DNA of 64,000 bases, from NCBI GenBank assembly GCA_041581135.1, contig JBFGCM010000002.1, positions 7,307-71,306 of the forward strand, given 5' to 3'. Made by a program: the position numbers and the translations under genes. This stretch comes from Acidimicrobiia bacterium (GTDB lineage: Bacteria > Actinomycetota > Acidimicrobiia > Spongiisociales > UBA5794). The notes beneath the pieces are model-generated. The model made no database searches and was not told where the DNA came from. It worked only from the letters and a program-made list of their open reading frames with translations. Positions 1-5,869 of this stretch are shown one piece after another (within the stretch, counting starts at the first letter, position 1; each line of letters begins with the position of its first letter).

Positions 1-482
1 CCGGAGGCCTCCTGAATCGCCTCCTCCTCGGCCCCGATCGGGAACGGGAACGGCGGGAAGACGGTGCCGATCTCACGCACGCCGTTGAAGCATTGCAGGG
101 CGGCGCTGCGGCCGATGCCTCTCGGGTCGAACCCGACGAAGTCGAACCGGGCTCGCAGCGAGTTCGTGTAGATGAACGGACCGGCGCCGAGGACGAAATC
201 TACGCCTGAGCCACCGGGTCCGCCCGGGTTGAAGAAGATCGACCCGATCTTGCCTGCTTGGTTCGACGCCGGGATGCGCACCATCGCGATCGGAATGGTC
301 TGCCCATTGGGCTTGTCGTGGTCCAGCGGCACCCGGGCGACGGCGCACTCGTAGACCGGAGCGACGAACTCGAAGCACGGCTCCCAGTGGAGGCCTTCCT
401 CGGCGGTTGCCCCCGCCGCCGGAATCGCCCCGAGCAGCGCGGCCACGAGCATGAGTGTGGTGATGAGTGTGTACCTGCGCAT
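1..482 (-). CDS. Secreted alpha/beta hydrolase, TAP-like (tripeptidyl aminopeptidase family), N-terminal part only; the C-terminus lies beyond the window start
   Basis: Reverse-complement of 1..482 translates from ATG at 482 as MRRYTLITTLMLVAALLGAIPAAGA (signal peptide) ... GSIFFNPGGPGGSGVDFV..., which carries the NPGGPGGSG motif typical of TAP/S33 hydrolases. Absent from the ORF track because no stop occurs within the window. Confidence 0.55.
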   Translation of the reverse strand, partial: MRRYTLITTLMLVAALLGAIPAAGATAEEGLHWEPCFEFVAPVYECAVARVPLDHDKPNGQTIPIAMVRIPASNQAGKIGSIFFNPGGPGGSGVDFVLGAGPFIYTNSLRARFDFVGFDPRGIGRSAALQCFNGVREIGTVFPPFPFPIGAEEEAIQEAS

Positions 483-640
483 GAGCTTCCCTCCGCACCG
501 TCGCACGATCTCCTCCGAAGCTACTCACTCTGACTCGAGGCGACACGGGCCCCGTCGAGCAGGGCGTCGGTACGATCGGTTGCGTGACGAGGAGCGCACT
601 GCAACGCCGCCGGCATCGAACGGTGGAGAGGGAAGGTGGC

Positions 641-1378
641 GTGGTGGGCCGCCGGTTCCGGGCGATCGTGGTCGGACTGACGGTGCTGCTGATCGGTGCC
701 GCGTGCAGCTCGCAGACCGCCGACGTGACCACCACCGTGACGGCGGCGCCGGAGGGCGGCACCGCCGCTACCACGGCACCACCCGATCCAACCACCCTCG
801 CACCCCAGGGCGGCACCGCACCACCGACCACGGCGGAGCAGGCCGGCGGCTCCGCAGCGCCGCCCACCACGACGGTGGCCGACGATCCCACCGCCGAGCC
901 GGCACCCGAGGCCGACTACGGGTGTGACCTGTTCGGATGAGGCGAGTGGTACTCCATCGACTTTCAGGGCGACGACCTGGCGGCCCTGGGTGCGCTGACG
1001 CGGTTCGGCAGCGAGTTCGAGGAGCTGTTCGCCGCCGGGTTCCTGATCGGGTTCGGCCTCATCGGAACCCTGGGGTACGCCCCGCTGGCCAAGGAAGTGG
1101 GACCCGATGAGGTGAACGGCATCGCCACCACCCATTGGCGCGTCACCCCCGAGGCGGCGGCGGAGTATGCCGCCGGGCAGGGAGCGACCATCCCGGCGAC
1201 GGCGTTCGGTGAGTCGTCGATCGACTACTTGGTGACGGATGTCGGAGGGCTGGCCCAGATCGATCTGAGCTTCGACGAGGCGGCGGCGGTTTCGCTCGGG
1301 GGCCAACCCGGCGGCGCAGCGCACATCCGCTTCGAGGTCTCGCGGGTCGACGAGCCGTTGGAGATCACGGCACCCTGA
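641..1378 (+). CDS. Putative lipoprotein (signal peptide + lipobox LIGAAC, Thr/Ala/Pro-rich linker, C-terminal globular domain). The reading frame is interrupted by an in-frame TGA at 938-940, so this is a possible pseudogene or recoding event
   Basis: GTG at 641 follows the RBS-like GGAGAGGGAAGG. Translation gives VVGRRFRAIVVGLTVLLIGAACSS... ORF-track ORFs 584..940 and 1097..1378 are in the same frame, and the 941..1096 stretch between them has no stop and reads as protein (GEWYSIDFQGDDLAALGALTRFGSEFEELFAAGFLIGFGL...). Confidence 0.45.
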
Positions 1379-1383
1379 TCCTG

Positions 1384-1433
1384 CGTCGAGTGTGCGTATC
1401 CCGACCGTAATGGTCGGCGCAAGCACAACCGAC
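1384..1433 (+). repeat. Copy 1 of a 50-nt structured palindromic repeat (CGTCGAGTGTGCGTATCCCGACCGTAATGGTCGGCGCAAGCACAACCGAC)
   Basis: Outer inverted repeat GTCGAGTGTGC / GCACAACCGAC encloses an inner hairpin CCGACC-GTAAT-GGTCGG. It starts 6 nt after the lipoprotein stop codon and lies upstream of the yhhQ-like gene. Confidence 0.7.
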
Positions 1434-1454
1434 CAGCCCTGGCGGGAGGTCCCT

Positions 1455-1504
1455 CGTCGAGTGTGCTTATTCCCCGCATAATCGGAATCCCACGCACAAC
1501 CGAC
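1455..1504 (+). repeat. Copy 2 of the same 50-nt repeat (CGTCGAGTGTGCTTATTCCCCGCATAATCGGAATCCCACGCACAACCGAC). It lies 21 nt after copy 1 and ends 26 nt before the GTG start of the yhhQ-like gene
   Basis: The outer arms are conserved. The inner hairpin changes to ATTCC...GGAAT with a compensatory arm sequence, while the ATAAT loop core is retained. Confidence 0.7.
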
Positions 1505-1530
1505 GAGCCGCCCCCGGTAACGTCCCGCTC

Positions 1531-2175
1531 GTGGACACCCAAGCCCGAGCGCTGACCCGACGAGCCGCGGTCGTCATCGCGTTGCTGGCATCCGCCTATG
1601 TGGCCGCCCAACTCCTCGCCGACATCTCGAGCCTCAAGATCGTCGACATCGCCGGCTTCTCCATGGACGGCGGAACCCTCATCTATCCCATCACCTTCAC
1701 CATCCGGGATCTCATCCACAAGACGGCGGGCAAGCACGTCGCCAAAGTGATGATCTTCGCCGCCGCCGCCATCAACCTCTTCATGGCGGGCCTGTTCTGG
1801 GTGGTGGACCGCCTCCCCGCCGATCCCGACGGCGGCGTGCCCACCGAGTTCTTCGGTGACGTGCTGAGCCCGGTATGGCGCATCGTCTTCGCCTCGATCA
1901 TCGCCGAGGTGGTGGCGGAGCTGATCGACACCGAGGTGTACTCGAGCTGGGTTCGACGCTTCGGCGATCGCCTCCAGTGGGGTCGGGTGTTGTCGTCGAA
2001 CGCCGTAGCGATTCCCATCGATTCGGTGGTGTTCGCCGTGGTCGCCTTTGGCGGTGTGCTCCCGACTTCGGTCGTCGCCGAGATCGTCTTCACCAACATC
2101 ATCGTGAAGGGCATCGTGACCATCCTCTCGATACCCCTCATCTACACGGTGCGACCCCAGCCGCTGGTCGAGTGA
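1531..2175 (+). CDS. YhhQ/VUT-family membrane transporter (queuosine-precursor preQ0/preQ1 transporter family, COG1738)
   Basis: The IYPITFTIRDLIHK motif and multi-TM hydrophobic profile are typical of YhhQ/DUF165. GTG start at 1531. Confidence 0.7.
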   Translation: MDTQARALTRRAAVVIALLASAYVAAQLLADISSLKIVDIAGFSMDGGTLIYPITFTIRDLIHKTAGKHVAKVMIFAAAAINLFMAGLFWVVDRLPADPDGGVPTEFFGDVLSPVWRIVFASIIAEVVAELIDTEVYSSWVRRFGDRLQWGRVLSSNAVAIPIDSVVFAVVAFGGVLPTSVVAEIVFTNIIVKGIVTILSIPLIYTVRPQPLVE

Positions 2176-2198
2176 CGGCTCCCGGAGACCCAGGCGAG

Positions 2199-2699
2199 GT
2201 GACGATCCGTCCGGCCGTGGTCGCAGACGCCCCCCAGCTGGCCGCCGTTCATTTCCACGCCTGGCAGGAGGCCTACCGCGGTCTGGTGCCGCCGGAGATC
2301 ATCTCGCCGCTCGACGACCAAAGGATCGGCCGGTGGCAGCGGGCGCTCGAGACCCCCCGCCCCAGAACCACCCTCGTCGTCGCCGAACGTCAGGGGCAGG
2401 TGATCGGCTTCGCCGGCACACAACGGTCGCCGAATGGACTGGAGCTGCAGACGATGTATGTCCACCCCGATCACTGGAGCACCGGAGCCGGACGGGCCTT
2501 GATGCTGCACGTGTTCGCCGACTGGGCACGCGCCGGCATCGACCGTGCGCACCTTTGGGTGCTGGTCACCAACGACCGGGCCCGACGGTTCTATGAGGGC
2601 TTCGGGTGGCGCAGCAGCGGCGAGGAGAACGTGGTGGCCGTCGGCGGGACCGAGTTGCCTGTGATCCGGTACGACATCGACATCGCCACGGCCCGGTAG
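2199..2699 (+). CDS. GNAT family N-acetyltransferase. An alternative GTG start at 2172 would overlap the yhhQ stop
   Basis: C-terminal part of ORF 1875..2699: VTIRPAVVADAPQLAAVHFHAWQEAYRG...QVIGFAG...RGRGAGRALM...FYEGFGW is a GNAT fold signature. The upstream part of that ORF overlaps yhhQ in another frame. Confidence 0.65.
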   Translation: MTIRPAVVADAPQLAAVHFHAWQEAYRGLVPPEIISPLDDQRIGRWQRALETPRPRTTLVVAERQGQVIGFAGTQRSPNGLELQTMYVHPDHWSTGAGRALMLHVFADWARAGIDRAHLWVLVTNDRARRFYEGFGWRSSGEENVVAVGGTELPVIRYDIDIATAR

Positions 2700-2713
2700 C
2701 CGCTTCGCTCGCC

Positions 2714-3454
2714 TCAGGCGGTGCGGACGTCGAAGCCGCGGGGCAGCTCCAGCCGATGGGCGCGCAGAAGCGCGTCGTCGCCGAGGATGTCGGCGATCGG
2801 CCCGTCGGCCACGATCTTGCCGGCGTCGATGATCAAGGCCCGCTGACACAGCTCCAAGGCATAGGGCAGATCGTGGGTCACCATCATCATGGTGATGTCG
2901 AGCCCGGTGAGGATCTCCGCAAGTTCACGACGTGCCTTCGGGTCGAGATTCGACGAGGGCTCGTCCAGCACCAGGATCTCGGGATGCATCGCCAGCACCG
3001 TGGCGACCGCCACGCGGCGCCGCTGCCCGAAGCTGAGGTGATGAGGTGCTCGCTCGGCCTGGTCGGCCATTCCGACCGCTTCGAGCGCATCCGTCACCCG
3101 ACGCTCCAGCTCGTCACCCTCGATGCCGAAGTTGGCCGGACCGAAGGCGACGTCCTCCCGCACCGTCGGCATGAACAGCTGGTCGTCGGGATCCTGGAAC
3201 ACCAGCCCGGTGCGCCGCCTGATCTCTCGCAGGCTGTCTTCGTCGAGATCGAGCCCGGCGACCGACACCGTGCCGGACGACCCGCGCAGGATGCCGTTGA
3301 GATGCAGCACCAACGTGGTCTTGCCGGCGCCGTTGGGACCCAGCAGCGCCACCCGCTCGCCCGGGTGGATGTGGAAGTCCACCGAGTCCAGGGCGTGATA
3401 GCCGTCCGGATACGAGAACGACAGCTCCTCGACGGCGAGCGCCGGCGTGCTCAT
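2714..3454 (-). CDS. cbiO: ECF/CbiO-type ABC ATPase of the Ni/Co uptake system
   Basis: Walker A GPNGAGKTT, the LSFGQRRRV signature and Walker B LVLDEP are present. ATG at 3454 (MSTPALAVEELSFSY) overlaps the cbiQ stop. Confidence 0.8.
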   Translation of the reverse strand: MSTPALAVEELSFSYPDGYHALDSVDFHIHPGERVALLGPNGAGKTTLVLHLNGILRGSSGTVSVAGLDLDEDSLREIRRRTGLVFQDPDDQLFMPTVREDVAFGPANFGIEGDELERRVTDALEAVGMADQAERAPHHLSFGQRRRVAVATVLAMHPEILVLDEPSSNLDPKARRELAEILTGLDITMMMVTHDLPYALELCQRALIIDAGKIVADGPIADILGDDALLRAHRLELPRGFDVRTA

Positions 3455-4215
3455 GTGAGCACCATCGCGGTCGCCGCCGTCGCCCAGGCTGTGGCGATCA
3501 CCGACAGGGCACCCGGCCAGGGCGTTGCCCACGCCGCGGTCGCCTGGATACGCGGCATGACGCCGGTGTACCCGCGAGCCACCATCGCCTGATACACCCG
3601 CTCCCCCCGCTCGTACGACCGGACGAACATGGAACCGGCGCTGGCCGCCCAGGGCTTGACGTCACCGATCCACTGCGGCTCGTACCCACGGGAGGACATG
3701 GCGATCCGGCGGCGCCGGAACTCGCTGACCACCACGTCCAAATAGCGAATCATGAAGCCGGCGATGGCCGTGATCACCCTCGGTACTCGGATGCGATCCA
3801 GGCCGGAGAGGATGTCGGGCACCGTGGTGGTCGACGCCAGGATGATGGAGAACGACAAGCCGAGGGTGCCTTTGGCGAGGATGGTCCACGCCCCCCACAG
3901 TCCTTCTCGAGACACGGCGATGCCGAGCACCTCGACTCGCTCGCCACCACCGAGGAACGGCAGCAGGACCGCAAAGATCACGAACGGCACCTCGATGAGG
4001 AGCCGCGCCGCGAACTGTTTGGGCCGGAGCCCGGCGAGAGCCACCAGGACCGCCACGATCACGGCGTAGACGCCAAAGGCCCAGAACGCGTTCCGGGGAG
4101 TGGCGACCACGGCGAATACGAGGGCGATCATGGTCACCAGCTTCAAGTGCGGCGCCGTCCGGTGGAGGATGCCGTGACCGTGGATGAAAAGGGCGTGGGC
4201 GTGGCCCGTGCTCAC
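3451..4215 (-). CDS. cbiQ: ECF transporter transmembrane (T) component CbiQ/NikQ
   Basis: Hydrophobic protein beginning HAHALFIHGHGILHRTAPHLKL... (CbiQ-like N-terminus). GTG at 4215 forms a GTGA overlap with the cbiMN stop. The ORF-track start at 4251 would overlap cbiMN by 40 nt. Confidence 0.7.
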   Translation of the reverse strand: MSTGHAHALFIHGHGILHRTAPHLKLVTMIALVFAVVATPRNAFWAFGVYAVIVAVLVALAGLRPKQFAARLLIEVPFVIFAVLLPFLGGGERVEVLGIAVSREGLWGAWTILAKGTLGLSFSIILASTTTVPDILSGLDRIRVPRVITAIAGFMIRYLDVVVSEFRRRRIAMSSRGYEPQWIGDVKPWAASAGSMFVRSYERGERVYQAMVARGYTGVMPRIQATAAWATPWPGALSVIATAWATAATAMVLT

Positions 4216-5186
4216 GTGGGAACCCTGCGGCGCCGTCGCATCAACGCCCACATGCCGAGGGCGCCGACTCCGACGGCGAAGGTCACGGCGATGCCGATGG
4301 CGCCGGCCATGCTGACCCCGACCGTGTCCTCGCCGTAGTCGGCAAGAGGCGAGTCGGCAGCGGCGCCGTCGACGGCGTCGTCGGCGAACCCTTGGTCGAT
4401 CGCCACCCGCTCGAGGCCGTCGGGGTCCGAGCTGGCGAGCGGCGCCACCACCAGCGCCAGCACCAGTGCGACCGCAAGTCCGACGCCTACGAATCCCCCG
4501 ATGCCGCCGCGGCCGATCCGGGTCGACGAGCCAGTGAGGTTCAGATCGTGCGTGCCGAACACCAGGTCCGGCCGGGAGGCCGCAACCAGACCCACGACGG
4601 CTGCGGTGATCAGACCCTCACCGATCCCGATGAGGAAGTGCACTCCCACCATGGCGGTGAAAACGGTGGCGAGGTTCACGTCACCCACTCCGCCTAGCGA
4701 GTACTGCACCACGAAACCGGTGGCCGCCGCCACCACCGACACGAGGCCGGCGGCGAAGGTGGCGACGAGGGCGATCGTCCACCGCTTGGGGAGCACCCTC
4801 GTGATGCCGCGAAAGACGACCCACCCGACGAGACCCGAGATGATGGCCATGTTGAGGGTGTTGAGCCCGAGCGCAGAGACGCCGCCGTCGGCGAACAAGA
4901 AGGACTGCACGATGACAACCGTGGACACCGCCGCCACCCCCAGCCACGGGCCGACGAGAATCACGGCCAGTGCGCCCCCGATGAGGTGGCCGCTCGTGCC
5001 GGCGGCAACAGGGAAGTTCAGCATTTGGAGTGCGAAGATGAATGCGGCGACCAGTCCCGTCATGGGAATGCGCTTGTCCTGCAGCACCTTCCCCGATTGG
5101 CGCAACGCGGCGCCGACACCGCCGGCGGCGATGACGCCGGCGCCGGCCGAGGTGACGCCGTTGATGAATCCGTCGGGGATGTGCAT
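4212..5186 (-). CDS. cbiM: Fused CbiM/CbiN (NikM/NikN) Ni/Co ECF substrate-capture component
   Basis: Begins MHIPDGF (the CbiM/NikM hallmark N-terminus). The C-terminal ~100 aa have a two-TM CbiN-like topology. ATG at 5186. Confidence 0.8.
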   Translation of the reverse strand: MHIPDGFINGVTSAGAGVIAAGGVGAALRQSGKVLQDKRIPMTGLVAAFIFALQMLNFPVAAGTSGHLIGGALAVILVGPWLGVAAVSTVVIVQSFLFADGGVSALGLNTLNMAIISGLVGWVVFRGITRVLPKRWTIALVATFAAGLVSVVAAATGFVVQYSLGGVGDVNLATVFTAMVGVHFLIGIGEGLITAAVVGLVAASRPDLVFGTHDLNLTGSSTRIGRGGIGGFVGVGLAVALVLALVVAPLASSDPDGLERVAIDQGFADDAVDGAAADSPLADYGEDTVGVSMAGAIGIAVTFAVGVGALGMWALMRRRRRVPT

Positions 5187-5199
5187 GTTGCGCCTCTTG

Positions 5200-5216
5200 T
5201 TGCAAGCGGTTTGCAG
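5200..5216. promoter_or_regulatory. Nur/Fur-family operator (Nur-box), TTGCAA-GCGGT-TTGCAG, 14 nt upstream of the cbiM start codon
   Basis: Matches the Streptomyces Nur-box consensus tTGCaa-N5-tTGCaa. It sits between the Fur-family regulator gene and the Ni/Co ECF operon. Confidence 0.6.
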
Positions 5217-5244
5217 TAACTCTATCGGCGCGCGGTCAGCTACA

Positions 5245-5679
5245 TCAAGTGGTTTCTTCCCGGCAGGTGCGGCAGATGCCGGCGATGGCGAAATGATGCG
5301 AAGACGGCACGAAACCCGTCGCCTCCACGATGCCGGCGACCAGACGCTCGAACTCCTCGTCGGGGATGGCGTGGGTGGTCCCACACGTATCGCACACGAG
5401 GTGCGTGTGGTGGGCTTCCTCGGCGAGGTGGTACACCGCGGGCCCGTGACCCATGTGGCTGTGCTCCACGATGCCTGCGGTCTCCAGCGCCTCGAGGGTC
5501 CGATACACCGTGGACTCGTCCATCGGGGCGGTGGCCGATGCCCGCTCGTGGATGAGTGCTGCGGTGAGATGCTCGTCGTGCGAAGCCGCGATGACCTCAC
5601 ACACGGCCCGGCGCGGCTCGGTGATTCGGAGTCCCCGGCCCCGCAGTGCCTCGAGGAGCGCTTCGGCGTCGATGTGCAT
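5245..5679 (-). CDS. Fur-family metalloregulator, likely nickel-responsive (Nur-like)
   Basis: 144 aa with the HHTH...CDTCG...CRTC metal-site motifs of the Fur family. It lies directly upstream of, and co-oriented with, cbiMNQO and the Nur-box. Confidence 0.75.
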   Translation of the reverse strand: MHIDAEALLEALRGRGLRITEPRRAVCEVIAASHDEHLTAALIHERASATAPMDESTVYRTLEALETAGIVEHSHMGHGPAVYHLAEEAHHTHLVCDTCGTTHAIPDEEFERLVAGIVEATGFVPSSHHFAIAGICRTCREETT

Positions 5680-5869
5680 CGCCCCAGGCTACGTCGACAC
5701 GGGGAGTGCAGGTACGGCCGCCTGCCCCAATTCTCCGGGGGGCGTAGTCGGTGACTGCGAGCGAGCGGGCCGAGGACGGACCTCAGCTACTCGCCGCGAC
5801 AAACCGACCTGTTTCGGTCGCCCGGCCGGAAACAGGTCGGCCGTCACACCTCTGCTCTACGCTGCCACG

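Noticed and set aside
938-1000. SECIS element after the in-frame TGA of the lipoprotein gene
   Set aside because: Only a 4-bp stem with a 3-nt loop lies within 10 nt of the UGA, with no fdhF-like apical GGUC/GU loop at the proper spacing. Pseudogene or readthrough is the more likely explanation.
73-1426. Long minus-strand ORFs 73..891 and 521..1426 (272 and 301 aa)
   Set aside because: They are Arg/Gly/Ala/Pro-rich, low-complexity translations antisense to the real genes (the TAP-like hydrolase and the lipoprotein). This is typical high-GC antisense artefact with no domain signal.
1384-1504. Interpreting the tandem 50-nt elements as preQ1 riboswitches because they precede a YhhQ-family gene
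   Set aside because: The loop (GUAAU) is too small, and there is no A-rich 3' tail or pseudoknot complementarity matching preQ1-I/II/III. A third copy also sits by csoR, unrelated to queuosine. They are kept as an unknown structured repeat instead.
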